A model generated the notes under the pieces. The model saw only the letters and a list, made by a program, of their open reading frames with translations, made no database searches and was not told where the DNA came from. The position numbers were made by a program, and so were the translations under genes. DNA of 63,444 nucleotides, counting the filler, from Saprolegnia diclina VS20 (lineage: Eukaryota), in NCBI RefSeq assembly GCF_000281045.1. It is 4 parts of 3 records of this genome, joined end to end, with 100 filler letters (N's around TTAATTAATTAA, not from the genome) between each part and the next. Parts side by side here need not be neighbours in the genome. Positions count along the whole stretch, not along the records: positions 31,364 to 61,766 come from NW_008246075.1; 3 more parts are not named here. One strand, given 5' to 3'. The first letter of the stretch is position 1. Each line of letters starts with the position of its first letter. Shown here piece after piece: positions 47,365 to 60,244 of the stretch.

Positions 47365-50265
47365 TCATACGATAAATGTCAAGGCGGTCGGTGCACCCTC
47401 TTGCGGTTGGACTCGGCGACGGCTGCTGCCCCTCAACCGCGAGTACAACACACTCGACACCCACGGCAGCAGCCACGGCGTGTAGTGCCAATACGATATG
47501 TGAGGTGTGTACACTCGTGATGGTCGAGGCGCAGTTTGCGCTTTGACTTCTTCATAGTACGCGCTCAACGTGCTGTAGCTGTGCGTCGCACCGTATAGCA
47601 GCTCGAATGTTGATGGGTGTGGCCAATGCTGCCTCAAAAACCACTGCAGCACGAACGAAACCTAGATGAGTACATAAAACTAGGAAATGGTCCCGCGACG
47701 TCAAACCTCTGGTGCCGGCCATGAAATGTCGTCGTTGATGCAAACAAATTTCTGAGTCGTCAAGTGCAGTTGGTACTTGACGTCGATGGCGCTTGCCTGG
47801 GAGTTGAGCATCACAAACAACACCGGGGGCGTGCGCACGCGGAACGTCGCCGGTGGCAAAATCGGTGCCGTCGTCAATGCGGTAACGAGATCCAAACAAT
47901 TGGCCATCAAGAACGCTTGCGTCCATGGCGCATCCGTCGAGCAGGTTGTAAGCTGCTTGGGTACAAGTGCCTGGATGTTCTCAACCTCGTATTCGTCGAC
48001 GACGCCATTGTGGTTGATATCGATGAGTGAGTCAAACACCTCGGGAAGTGTCAATGGCCGGTGCCGGTTTGCAACATAGTGCATGTACGTAAAGCTAAAC
48101 TGCATGTCGGTCGGGAGGCGAAACCGGTGTGACGACGTCAGGTCAAACTCGACTGGCCAAAGCTGCTTGGCTTCCGTCCAAAGCCGCTTCTGGACAAAGT
48201 GCGGCATGTGCGACGGCACGCCCCGCGGATGCACCGGATGTCCAAACGTTTTTGTCAACAGTCGATCCACAAATCGAAGTGAATCCCCAAACATATCTGG
48301 GGCCGTAGCATCGTCGCCGAGCTCTTCCGGCGCCAAGCAGCCTGCGATCCGCGACGGCAGCATTTCGGTGCCAGCACCAACACGGCACATCTACATGCGT
48401 ACTGTATGTGATGGACGGCATAGAGAGGTAGGGAATAACAACACCTTTTTCAACATGGCGGCACCGGCCTCATCGCTGGCGTCTCGTGTGCAGAGCGTCA
48501 CCAACGCCGTCTTGGCGCGTCGCCCCAGGTATGCGATATCGTTCACGCACGACTCGTCGAGCGATTCGAACAAAGCAGTGCACGAGAGGTACCGACCGCA
48601 GTCGCGAACAGTTGTGGGCAGCACCAGTTCGAGATGTGGAGGCGTTGCCACATGCACCGATGTGTTAGCAGACACGACGACGAGGCAGCTAACTTCATCG
48701 AGGCACAGGCGCACTGTCGAAGCCAGTGTCGACACGGATAGGTTGGACCCACTCCACGAGCAAGCAGCCGTCAAATTGGTGTCACCGCAGCGAATGCGCG
48801 TCAACACACCGTTGACAACAGTCTCGGCGTACACCGCAGACGAGGCGTTTCGAGCTGGCGCATAAACACGTACATCGAGTTGGGATGGCTCGAGTTGGAA
48901 TGGCTCTTGCCAATGGGTCACGACCGACGCAGCGGACCAAGCATCAGGCGCTCCGTCAATGTACCAGAAACCGCGGTGCAGGTGACGAGCGTTTGGCACC
49001 ACAACTACCGTCCATGACGCGTTCGATACGGTATTGGTCAGCATGAGCACAGTTCGGGCCACGACAACACCATGACCGTCTATGGATTGAAGCCGGCGAG
49101 GCGCCAAGCCACTGTTGGCGGCTGTTGCCGACACTTTCGTTCCCAATTGCGACGTGTTGAGCACAATGGTCGACCCGTCAAGTGCGAATATCGAGCTCTC
49201 GCCCACGCTCACTTTCGGCAACATTGACAGCGCACGTTCGTCACAGTCACCAAAGTCGAAGCCGCACTCTGCGAGGTTGCACTTTGAATTGCATACGCCG
49301 TCGCCCAGCTCGTCCCAGAGGCAACCCAAGCGACACTCCGAGGTCTTCTGCGCCATCGATCGGTCTGGTGCTCGGCACACGGTATCCCAGTCGTCTTGTT
49401 CCTACACTCGCATAAAGCCGCTTCCCTACTTATGGATAGAGCGTACGACAAGCAACATGGACGCGTCACACGTGCAGTCGCCAAGGTCGTAATCACAGCT
49501 CGCAACGTTGCAGCTCGCGTGGCACTGGTCGTTCCCGAGCATCGCGTGCTTGCATCCTGGCGCACAATCGGGCGCGTCCCATGCGAAAAACAGGTTCTGA
49601 GTCCCTCGCGGACTCATAAAGTCGGACGGCAGCACCGGCGCCGACAAAAACACCTCGTCGTTAAAGTACAAAAAGTACTCGGCCAGCCCAGGAATGTTGT
49701 CCAGATGCGACTCGATCGCGGGCGACGCAAACGACGGCAAGTGCGACGCATTCGGGAAGATGTCGCTGTGCGGCACGACTGTGATGCGCGGGTGCGAGAG
49801 GTCGAGCCACGTGGGCACTTGACCGTCCGTCACGAGAAAGATGCGTCGGATCCACGGCGCGTACGTCTCGAGCGACCGGATCGAGTAGCGGAGCTCGTCG
49901 TTGTCTCGGAACCGGTTCTCGGCCGAGGCCGAGTCTTTCGTGGCGTTGCGGCCGCTCCAGCGCTGGAGCCAGTGGCTCTTGGATTGCTGCCACGTGGGGT
50001 CGGATCCGTTGACCCACGTGTAGACAGCGTCGATGGGCCCGTACGCGGCGTACTCGACACCGGACGTATCGATGTTCCCAATGTTGTCGTACGGACCGCC
50101 GAACGTGTCGAGTGTGTAGGCGACGGCAGTCGCAACAGCGGCAACAATCAGCAACAACGGCAGGTGGTGGCGCCAGCGCGACCCGAGGGTTCGCTGCTTG
50201 AGCTGCTTTGTCAGCGTTTCTTGCACATCGGCCGTGGTGGTCTTTGAACTCGGGGGGCGGCGCAT
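47365..50265 (-). CDS. GNPTAB-like Stealth-family GlcNAc-1-phosphotransferase, copy 2, multi-exon
   Basis: Same domain order as copy 1, with an N-terminal signal anchor (LPLLLIVAAVATAVAY), CR4 KFVCINDD and HWPHPSTFEL. Confidence 0.88.
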
Positions 50266-50451
50266 CGGAATCGAATTGAAGCTGCCTCTCAAACCTTACC
50301 AGCGCCGGTGAAACGGTATCGTACGTCAATTCGCGACTTGGCTCAGGCGGCCGGACCCTGGCACAGATCATCAGTTTCGCAAAGTAGCTCGAAAAAGGAA
50401 AAAGGAGAGCACCCGTCGGCGGTTTCCGCATTGGATCCGAACGACCGACGC

Positions 50452-51960
50452 ATGCAAAGCAACGCAAGTAGTCCCGTCGCGACAGCCGACCGGCTCTCGA
50501 CGCTCGAGGCGCTGCCGAAGCCCACGGGCGTTCGCGACCGCATCCGTGCACTCCACGCGCTCAAGCTCGCCGAATGTCCACTCCCGTCGCCCCGCACCGG
50601 CGTCGTCGAGATGCCCCCGTCTTGTTGGTTTCGTGCTTTCTCCTGCTGCAGAACTCGGTCTGAGCGCACAACGCTGCACTTGAGTCTTCGCGGGCTCGCG
50701 TGGCAGCGTGAGTGCATCTCGCTCGACGACCTCATTGGCGCCGTCGTCGACGCTCCGAGCCCGACATGCTTCACCGTGCACTTTGCCCGAAAGACGCTAA
50801 CGAACGACCGCGTCTTTTGCTCTTCAACGGTGCGAGTCGATGGCCATCAATGCATCGTTAACCTCCTCGCTAGTTTACGACGTTGACGAGCGACGAAGCA
50901 GGAGCGTGGGTCGGCGACCTCCGAAGACTCGTGGAATGGCATGCGCGGGTGCCACAGAACTCGCCCCGCCATATCCACGTGCTTCTCGATCCGCAGATAG
51001 CAGGAGCATCGGCAACATGGGTCGAGTGCGCTCCCTACGTTCACGTCGCACGGATGACGGCCACTGTTTTCGACAACGTTGCGCCCGCCAAGTACGGGCA
51101 GCGATACTCGGCCGAGCCCAAGAGCGTTTTGCCTGAATGCATCTTGGTCGTCGGCGACAACGCGACACTGGAGGCTGTGCTCAACGGCTTTCTCGCACAA
51201 GGCGAAACGACGGCACGAGCTGTGCTCGGGAGCTTACCGATCGCCCTCGTCCCAACATTTCGTGACGAGCCTTTCTCGGTACGAATGCTCGACTACGTCG
51301 GGCTCTACCACATACATCTAGAGAGGAATACGGTGCCCGACGCCAGCAGCTGCGGTTTTTTGCGCCATCAAGCGCAAGACTCGCACAGTTGACGCTATGG
51401 GTATGGCCTCACTGGGTGGGCCCGTGCGCATCTCGTGCACCAGCACCGTCTACGACGTAGCTACAGATCTCCCAGTGACCATCGGCTGGGACACGTTTCA
51501 CGCCCCGACTACGATCGACCCAGACCAAGGCGCAGCCCTCCAACACCAAGTCGAAGTCGCCAGCTCGTACCGCGGAAGCCACCGGCGTGCTTGGAGCGGC
51601 GTCTTTGAAGCACCCGAGGCGCCACACATGACAACAGTGACGGTTGCGGAGGTGCCGGAGCTGCTCTCGATCGCAGTGACCAAAACCACACCACTTGGGA
51701 CAGAGGATATCGCGCTCTCGGACGGTGCGCTGGACGTTCGGTTGACCTACGCGCGGGGGTGCGGCAGCCACTTTGTCACTGTCCGCCGGGGCAAGAGCAA
51801 GCACGTGGTCGTGACGCTGCCATTGAGAGACCCTACGAGCATCTACTGCTTACCACACCTTCTTCTCGTATGCAGTGAAGCTTGAGAGACTGCGTATTCT
51901 CTTGCAACCAGCAGCAGCACCTGTATTTACTCCACGAGAAACCACTTCGATGACGTCGCT
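50452..51960 (+). CDS. Degenerate sphingosine/diacylglycerol-kinase-like protein, multi-exon; 3' end uncertain
   Basis: PH-like EAGAWVGDLRRLV; RHIHVLLDP; CILVVGDNATLEAVLNGFL; SLPIALVP; ALSDGALDV. Confidence 0.55.
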
Positions 51961-52066
51961 CCTCGATGGAGAGCAACGCGTCGTAATCTTTCATTAGCGA
52001 TCTGCGGAAGGTGGTCCCCTACATTCGGGGACTTGAGCTAGGATCGAATGTGTATTACTTTGAATG

Positions 52067-53107
52067 TCATGCTGTGGGGCTCAACGGTGCCCTTGAAGTG
52101 CGCCCGACGAGGACGTTGACGAGCGCCGACCCATCGTCGTCGTGAAAGTAGCACTGCTCCGCGGCGTGGCAGCCGCTCCACCTCGGCACCTCGTAGTACA
52201 TATCGCGCTTGAGGATCTGGAGCACCCGCGCGAGGACGCGGTCGCACGTGTCGTAGACCCGGGCACCTGTCGCCTCGGCGCGCTTGTCGAGCTTGGGCAG
52301 CGTTGGCTGCAGATTCACCAAGACCAAGTGTTTGGCAAAGCTCCCCGCCATCTCGCAGAATGGCTCGACGCGCAGGGACGTACCGAGCACCAAGGCCACG
52401 TCAGCGGCCTCGCAGTGGTCGATAGCTGCGTCAATGTCATCCATCGGCGCGTCAAAGCCGATGACGTAGCGCTGGAGGTACCCGTTGCTCTTGCGCGTGC
52501 GCTTGGAGAGACGCTGCTCGATCGGCTTCTTCACGGACGGACACGCCGCCTGCGTGCAGAGGCCAAACACAGGAAACGCCTCCTCGTACACATACTCGCA
52601 CGTGTCGCAACGTCCAAACGTCGCGTTCCCATGCAGCTCTGTGAGCGCGTCCGGCGGAATTCCGCTCTTGCGATGGAGGTTGTCGACGTTCTGCGTCACG
52701 ACGTGCTTGACCCGCCCCATGCGGTAGAGCTCGGCCAGTGCCATGTGCGCTGGCGACGGCACGAGCGTGTGCAAATCTGGAATCACCGCGTTGCTTCGCT
52801 GCTTCTTCTTGGACGACTTGCGGATGCCATTTTCACCGCGGTAGTCGGGCACACCCGTGGACGTACTCACGCCGGCGCCCGTGAAGACCACGAGGTGCTT
52901 GGCCGTCGCGATGAGGTGCGCGATGCGCTCGCACTGCGCGTCAAAGCTGCTCGTCTGGCTGCTGCTGCTCAGTGGCGATGCTGCGCTCGTGGCATCGGCC
53001 TTGATCGACGGCTCTGGCGAAGCCGATCGCCGTCGCTTCGGGGCCGTCCGGTGTGGCATTGCGCGGATCTTTGGAAGGTGGCCGAATTTAGAGTGTGAGT
53101 AATTCAT
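52067..53107 (-). CDS. NAD-dependent deacetylase, Sir2 family (class IV, SIRT6/7-like)
   Basis: VVFTGAGVSTSTGVPDYRG, VVTQNVDNLH, ELHGN, CDTC, LVLGTSLRV, LVNLQPT. Confidence 0.92.
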   Translation of the reverse strand: MNYSHSKFGHLPKIRAMPHRTAPKRRRSASPEPSIKADATSAASPLSSSSQTSSFDAQCERIAHLIATAKHLVVFTGAGVSTSTGVPDYRGENGIRKSSKKKQRSNAVIPDLHTLVPSPAHMALAELYRMGRVKHVVTQNVDNLHRKSGIPPDALTELHGNATFGRCDTCEYVYEEAFPVFGLCTQAACPSVKKPIEQRLSKRTRKSNGYLQRYVIGFDAPMDDIDAAIDHCEAADVALVLGTSLRVEPFCEMAGSFAKHLVLVNLQPTLPKLDKRAEATGARVYDTCDRVLARVLQILKRDMYYEVPRWSGCHAAEQCYFHDDDGSALVNVLVGRTSRAPLSPTA

Positions 53108-53379
53108 TGCGGCCGACGTGGCAAACACTTGCGTCTAGTATCTGCATTGGTAAAATAGTATTAAAACCGCCACAGCCGGACCAAACGACCGTTGCGAAAA
53201 CAGTGTTTTGCAGAAGAAAATTCTGTTTTGCCGCGAACGTCCTTGCATGCAGGCTTCCTACTGCAGCAACTCGAGCTACAACAAACGACTCCTCCAAGCG
53301 TCAGGATGTGGTATATTCACTATGATCTACAGCTGCAGCGAACGCACGCTTGACGCTAGGAACAAGGCTAACACAATCT

Positions 53380-54102
53380 CTACGCAGACGCCAGCTTGGC
53401 ACCCGATTCGTCGAGGGCGACGTTGTGCTTCTTGAGGAGCGCGACGACGGTCTCGACCTGGTCGCCCGCCTCGGACTTGGTCAGCTGAAACAGGACGTGG
53501 TTGACGGTCTTGGAGTCGATCTTCTTGGCCGCACTACAAATACATAATTAAGCTCGATAGATTGGCGCGAGAATGGCGTACGCAGCGGATTCGAGGACGG
53601 CGAGGGCCTTCTCGACATCGCCGGAGCGGAGGTGGGCGCTGATGGCCAAGTGGTACGACACCGGGTTGTAGCGAATGTCAAACTTCTTGGCTTCGTCAAA
53701 GACCGCGATGAGGTTGGCATCGTCTTGGGCGTTCTTGAAGTGCACGAGGAGCTTGTTAAGCGAGCCAGCGTTCACAAAGAGGCCAATGCGGCGGTTTTGC
53801 GAGAGCGCCGAGACAGCGACATCGGCGGCGTCGTGCTGGATGCACGCCTTGACAAACTCGCCAGCCGTCACCTCGATGGGGTCGATGTGCTTGCGCTCGT
53901 AGATCTTGAGCGCTTCCGTGCTCAGCTCGAGGTCGGCCTTCGACGCGGCCGTCTTGAAGAGGTTCGTGAGCTTGGAGACCTTGATGAGCTTGTTCTTGGC
54001 CGCATCGGCCTTGATATCCTCGAAGAGGACGTTGAATTCGGGGAGGACGTACGCGGACGTGCTCAGGGCGCGGACACCGCGGCGGCTCAGGGCTTGCAAC
54101 AT
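53380..54102 (-). CDS. Small PPR-like mitochondrial protein, paralog 1, 2 exons
   Basis: Presequence MLQALSRRGVRALS; PPR-like NPVSYHLAISAHLRSGDVEKALAVL. Intron ~53533-53580. Confidence 0.7.
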
Positions 54103-54546
54103 GCTGCTTCTGGATCAAGGAGTTGACTGGTGCAAATGCCAAGCCTGGTTAATCCTTGAAATTTAATTCTATCTTGCGTTTTGTATTTGGTTGTACGAAA
54201 AAGCATTCTATAGTGGCAGCGTGCGATGCCATTGGGCAAATCCTCAAGTTGACGCACTCTATTTTGGTATAACACCATTTCGCGACCGGTGCGTAGTGGG
54301 CTTGAGTTATTGGCAGTGCAGATTAACTCGATGCACATGGGCTACCCATGCGTGCGCTAGATGTATATTACAGCGTTTTGAGCCACAAACGAGGGTTGCA
54401 GTGCAAAAGAGGCGCCTTTTTTATAGTGAGAAGCGCAAAGATGCATCCTACTAAGAGTCTGAATAGTTTAATATGACACTATATACGGTGTTTGCGACAG
54501 GCCGTGCATTGATTGGCGCAAGCCCACAAGGTCAGATTGCACAAGG

Positions 54547-55370
54547 ATGTTTTGCCGCGCTGTCGCCGTTGTCCGCGCCGGGAGCTGCCACCGGCGCTTC
54601 GCCTCGTCGTCGTTCATCGACGTCTACAACGATGTGCGCAACCACGCCGAGACGCACCACACGATCAAGGTCGCGCGGCTCACGCAGCTCTTCAAGGCTG
54701 CCGCCACGAAGCGCGACGTGATCGACGCGGTCCAAGTCCTCCGCCTTTTTGAGACGCGGTATATTGAGCCTGTCCAGGAAACCGCGGGCGAGTTCATCAA
54801 GAAGTGCATCCAAGTCGACGCGGGCGACGTGGCGCTCAAGGTGTTTCAGAACCACTCGCGCCTCGGGCTGCACGTCAACACGGGCTCGCTCAACAAGCTT
54901 CTCGTTCACTTTTACGACAAGAAGGAGTTTAGCAACGCACTCGACTTGTACCGCGAGATGCAAGCGTACGAAGTCAAGTTCAACAAGGACACGTACAATG
55001 TGGCGATCCGGTACGAAAACCTATTTTCTCCCGGCCAAACGTAGTAGTAACCACTCTTCAGCGCGCTCTTGGAGCTCGATGACGTGGACGCGGCCGTTCA
55101 GCTGCTTCAGTTTGCAGCGTATGAACCCTGCGCATATAATCTTGCTGCACACCACCTCTGTTTTAGGTCCAAGAACGAGGTCAAGCGCTACACGTGCAAC
55201 TACGTCCTCATGGAGCTTGTCAAGCGCGGTCTCAACGACAAGGTGCATCAGGTGGCACCGCAAGATACTAACGCAGTGACTAGGTTGAGATCGTCGCCAA
55301 GTGCATGACCACATACGGCATCGCGGCCAACGACACCACCAAGCACCTCGCTGGCCCAACATCCGACTAA
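54547..55370 (+). CDS. Small PPR-like mitochondrial protein, paralog 2, multi-exon
   Basis: Presequence MFCRAVAVVRAGSCHRRFAS; shares IKV..LT.LFK.AA, TAGEF.K.CIQ.DA.DVA and GSLNKLLVHF with paralog 1; ALDLYREM...NKDTYNVAI. Confidence 0.7.
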
Positions 55371-55573
55371 GTACAGACTGTACCAACGACTACCGTAATT
55401 CTATCCCTCTTTTGGTATGTGCGGCTAGTACAAGCGCATGTTACCACAATACACCGAGCAGAATCGAGACACCCTCGCCTCGCTTTGCCCAGGAGTTGAG
55501 TAGACGGGTGGTAGTCATCCGGATAAAGATTCGAGAGTACCGGATACGCGACGCGCACCAGTGATAGCCAAGC

Positions 55574-56988
55574 ATGCTGCTGTTGCGTCGCGTGGTTCGG
55601 CGTCCGGTGTGCGCCCGCGGGTTCGCGTCGCAGGCGCCGCTGACGCGCGAGTACATCCACAATTGCTTGTACCGCAAGGAAGAGGGCTACTTTACGTCGA
55701 CGCAGCGCGAGGTGCTGCACGCGCCCAAGGAGCCCATCGACTTCAACGACCTCTGGGGCAAGCGCGAGTACAAGAACCAAGTCGCGGCCTTGTACGCGCA
55801 GGACAAAGAGGCGTGGATGACCCCGGTTGAAGTCTTCTACCCCTACTACTCGCGCGCGATCGCCAACTACATGATGATGTCGCCGCACACGCTCAACGCC
55901 GAGTCGCTGCACATTTACGAGATTGGCGGTGGCGCCGGCACGAACGCCCTCTGCATCCTCGACTACCTCAAGGAGCAAGCGCCCAAGCTCTATGCGAACA
56001 CGACGTACACGATGATCGAGATCAGCGCGCGTATGGCCGCGCGCCAGGCCGCCCGCGTCGCGCCGCACCCCAACTGCAAGGTCATCAACAGCGACATCCT
56101 CACTTACTCGGCGAATCACCCCAATGTCAACGACCCGTGCTTCTTCATCGCAATGGAAGTGCTTGACAACCTCCCGCACGACAAGGTAACGCTGGCCGAC
56201 GGCGAGTGGTTCCAGACGCACGTCCGCGACGATGCCGAGGAGCTCCACCCACTCCGCGACCCGCTCATCGCCGAGACGCTCGAATACTTTTCCTGCGAAA
56301 TTCCGCTGCGAGGAACGTTCAAGCGCACCTCCGGGTACAAGGTCCTATGACGTCGTCGCACTGACTGCCAGTCGTGCTGCTTAGGCTCGCGACGCAGCTG
56401 CGGTCGATGATTGGCATGCGCGAGAAGCTCCTGAACGCGGCGTTCGTCCCCACGGGCGCGATGCAGCTCTTGCACACGCTGCAAAAGAGCTTTCCCAAGC
56501 ACCACTTGATCGCAGCCGACTTTGACGAGCTCCCCGCGCCGTCGCTCGATAAGTCGGCGACCCACCAGCCGTACGACCACCCGCGCAGCGCGACGTCGAC
56601 GGCGTCCGGACCGCTTCATGCTGCCAACGCGCCCCTCGTCGCGTCCAAAACTGACGGTACGCGGTCAAGCTACCTGCGTGTGCGAAAATACTCTGTAGGC
56701 GTCACGGTCGACCACGATACGTACTTGGTTCCCGGCGGCATCGCCGACATCTTCTTTCCCACCGACTTCATCAAGCTCAAGCAAGCCTACTGCCGCAAAA
56801 TGGAGCTCAAGGAGCACGAGGTTCGGATAGGCCTGTGCGTTCTACCGCTCTCATGACACGCGTAGGTGTCGATCGTCAAGTCGGGTGCGTTCTTGAAGGA
56901 GTTTGGTGAAGTCGACAAGACGCGCACGATCCTCGGCTACAACCCGCTGGTCGACGACTACGCCAACACGAGCTTCATTTTGAGCTAA
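55574..56988 (+). CDS. NDUFAF7/MidA-family SAM-dependent methyltransferase, multi-exon
   Basis: REYIHNCLY...GYF, WMTPVEVF.PYY, IYEIGGGAGT, FIAMEVLDNLPHD, ADIFFPTDF. Stop TAA 56986-56988. Confidence 0.85.
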
Positions 56989-58775
56989 AGCTTGGAGAAT
57001 TCAGCGTCGAGTCGCGACAATTCGGTTTCTCCAAAGCCCCACGCGGCAACGATCGATGCCATCGTCGCGTCATCAATGGCCATCGCTGTCGCTTCGAAGA
57101 GCTGCCCGACGCTCTCGCCGTCGGACGATGACAGCCACGGACGAAACTCGTGCAACGACTGAAGCACCCACGCATAGCTCAAGAGACACCACAGTTGCGA
57201 GAGCGCATCGGTCGTCGCAGCGTCCTTCCTGCAGCGCGCGTCAGAGGCTGCGAGTCGTATACCGTACGTACACTGTGCGTAGCCGGTCGGCAAAGGCTTC
57301 GAGAAGGTAGAGCTCGGAGGCGGCAAGCGAGAGGCGCGTCGTCCTGTACGCACTCCCCTTGGACACTGTGTCCGACTGCAGCGCGTGAAGTCGTTGGGAG
57401 AAGAGCATGAGGAGATCGGGGACCGCTGTAAGCTCCATATGTGCCAGTCGCGGAGGCTCGATCCGCGGCTGCTTGCGCAAGTACGCGCCATGCTGCAGCA
57501 CGAGCACGTCGAACGTCCCTTCATATGTGCACGCGCCGACAATCTCGTTCTTGAGGTATACGACGGCGTGGCTCGCGTCATTGCCGCCCGTCATGATACA
57601 CGCTTGGAGACTGTCGACCACTCGGGCTGAGACGAGCGCTTTGAGCCCGCTTGACGTTGCGTGCAACGTGTGCAGCTCACGCGTGTCGCGGGCCGCGAGC
57701 ACTTGAGTATAGAGCGCGTAGAGCGACTGACCTGCAAAGATCGAGGCCAGTGCGAGGCCCATGGCCGGGTACAGCGTTCGCCGGGCGTCCACACCACGCG
57801 ACTGCCTACGCAGCTGATTTACAGATGACAGCGCTCGAAACAACGTACAAATTTGCGAGCGTGAGCGCGAGTGCGCGGCCGAGGAACCGCGCGCACTTGG
57901 AGACGAGAAAAACGCGCGTTTTGACCATCGTAAAGTAGCCCCACGGAGCCACCGTGCCGGCTCGTCGGCGCAGCTGGCCCTGCGGACTCCACTCGACGCG
58001 CGCTGTCCCAAGCAGGAGATGTGCTTTGGGAACAGCGACGTGCTCAAAGGAGCAAAAGCCGTTGTCAACGCCGTTGAAGCCAATTTTGGCGCCAATGTCC
58101 CCGAGGTGCACACCCGGCAGAGATGCATGCGACGCGAGATCGCTATGCGCACGGTGGTTAGCTTCAACGCAAGGTAAGTAGGTAGAAGGACTACCGTAGT
58201 TGCACCAAGAAGGCGTGCACGCCGTGGTCGGTGCCATCGCCACCAAGGAGGCGAGCGTACACGACGGCAAAGTTGGTCGTCTTCCCCAAGCCACCGGGCC
58301 ACCACTTGCGGCTCGTGAGCGTTGGCGAGTGCAAATCAAAGATTTCTGTAGCCGGATCGTAGGTGGCAGTCGTTTCAAGCGCTCGGATGTTGGAGCCATG
58401 GCCCAATTCGGTCTGCGCGTACGCGCCGAGGATAGGCAGCAATCGCGATCTCTCTTGCCAGAGCGCCCACTGCGCAGCGCTCATGGAAAGCTGCAGCGCG
58501 GGGACAAACATCTTGCGGTGCATGTCGAGAGGCAGCACACAGCCGAGCGCTTCGCTCAGCGCTTCTTGGTCGTCGACGTCAACGATCCCGTGCGTCTGGA
58601 AGAACGACAGCAACGTCGCTGTCTTCTCGAGCGAAGCCACATACTCTTCCTCGTGACTGCGCCCATAGACGCGCCCTGGGTACGCAATTGCGGCAAGCCA
58701 AGCCTCGCGCCGGGCGTCGGCAACGCCGATGGCTTGTGCCAACACCTGCGGGTTCATGAGGTCGCAATCTTGCAT
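56985..58775 (-). CDS. Peroxisomal acyl-CoA oxidase, multi-exon
   Basis: GAYAQTELGHGSNIRALETTATYD, KWWPGGLG, GDIGAKIGFNGVDNG, CTYEG (catalytic Glu motif), C-terminal PTS1 SKL. Confidence 0.92.
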
Positions 58776-59058
58776 AAACAGGCAAACGGCAGCCGATTGG
58801 CGGATAAGACTCTGCGACGTCGCTAATACATTAAAAACACGCTACCTAATGGACCACACGCCTACGAAGACCAGGCGCAAAAGAGCACTTGGACGAAAAC
58901 GCCCCGTGCATTGCTTTCTCAACATTGCGCCATGCGAATGCTATATGTTGTAGCGCAGAAAAGCCAATATGCATCGCACTGGTTGCCTATGACATCGTAT
59001 TGTTGTGTGGGATTAGACCCCTGCACGAGCCAATCCGGAGCCCCACAGATCAACCAGC

Positions 59059-59838
59059 ATGCCACCGACGGCGCCGCCCAAGACAACGCCGCGCCGCCTA
59101 AGCTGCTGCTGCGTCGAGTGCGGCAACGTGGTGAGCAGCACGTACCGCGACTACGGCAAGGGCAACATCCGCCTCACGATCTGCCCCAACTGCAACCACA
59201 CGGTCGACAAGTACGTCGAGTTCGAGGCGATTCTCATCATGATCGACCTCATGCTCGGCAAGCCGCAGGCGTACCGCCACCTGCTCCACAACCGCCGCCC
59301 GCTGCTCTCGTATCAGCAAGTGCTCAAGATGTTCGCCGTTATCGTCATGCTCGACTGGAACACGAAGGCGTACCTGGCCGAGCGCGACGCCGGCGTCTAC
59401 TTCCGCACCAACTCGATCTACAAGACGATATCGACGTACTCAGTCTTTCAGATCTCCCAACTCGGCTTGCATTACTTCATCCTCGCCGTCGTCGAGAACT
59501 TTATCTACATGCTCACGCTCTGGCTCGCTGTACGTGTGCACCCGCGCTGGCGCAGCTTTAGCCGCTCCAAGGAGCTCCAGTTCCTCGGCGCGCTGTGCCT
59601 CTCCAATTTTGGCAAGCTCTTTGCGTGGCTCACGGTCATCTGGGAATACAACTGGACGGTTGTCCACGTCATTGGCGCGATTGTCGTCTGCTCCAACTAC
59701 CTCGTGCTCAAGATTTACGTCAACGACGGCACGTACGACACGCTTGCCGTCATCGCGGTCGCGGTCGCCGTCCGCGCGCTCACGCAGCTGCTGCTCTTCG
59801 CCCTCGGCAACCCCATGATCTTCTTCACGCTCATATAA
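59059..59838 (+). CDS. ARV1: Arv1-family ER membrane protein
   Basis: CVECG...IRLTICPNC..VDKYVEFE..LIMIDLML.KPQAYRHLLHN, followed by TM segments. Confidence 0.92.
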   Translation: MPPTAPPKTTPRRLSCCCVECGNVVSSTYRDYGKGNIRLTICPNCNHTVDKYVEFEAILIMIDLMLGKPQAYRHLLHNRRPLLSYQQVLKMFAVIVMLDWNTKAYLAERDAGVYFRTNSIYKTISTYSVFQISQLGLHYFILAVVENFIYMLTLWLAVRVHPRWRSFSRSKELQFLGALCLSNFGKLFAWLTVIWEYNWTVVHVIGAIVVCSNYLVLKIYVNDGTYDTLAVIAVAVAVRALTQLLLFALGNPMIFFTLI

Positions 59839-60244
59839 ACCGACGACTGACGTTGTAATACACTTGAACTACTAGCGGCGACTAAGCTTCCATCCGATGG
59901 TGCATACATCGAGCAGTCCGTTTTCTCTTTCAAGCTCTAAGCTTCTGCAAAGTTCAAGAGTGCATACTCGTACACCCTCGCGCTGCATTAACTTGAACAA
60001 AACTCGGCCTGATGAGGTTAGCCTCCGGACGCTAAATGAGCCTGACAGAAATGATCCCTCAACTTGTCGGGCTTGATTCGGCTGAGGTTTAAAGATAGTC
60101 GCAGGCCAGTGGATTTTGCTGTATTGGCATCTCATTTTGGCGCGCTATTTTGGCACGACCAGTGAGCCCCAACCCGTGTCAACCGACACGACTCTTTCAA
60201 GATGGTGCGTCATCACCCTCAATGCGGGACTCTGCAATTCGCTC

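Noticed and set aside
11983..50265. Prosaposin-like and GNPTAB-like genes as a lysosomal gene cluster
   Set aside because: About 28 kb apart, with unrelated genes and artificial contig joins between them.
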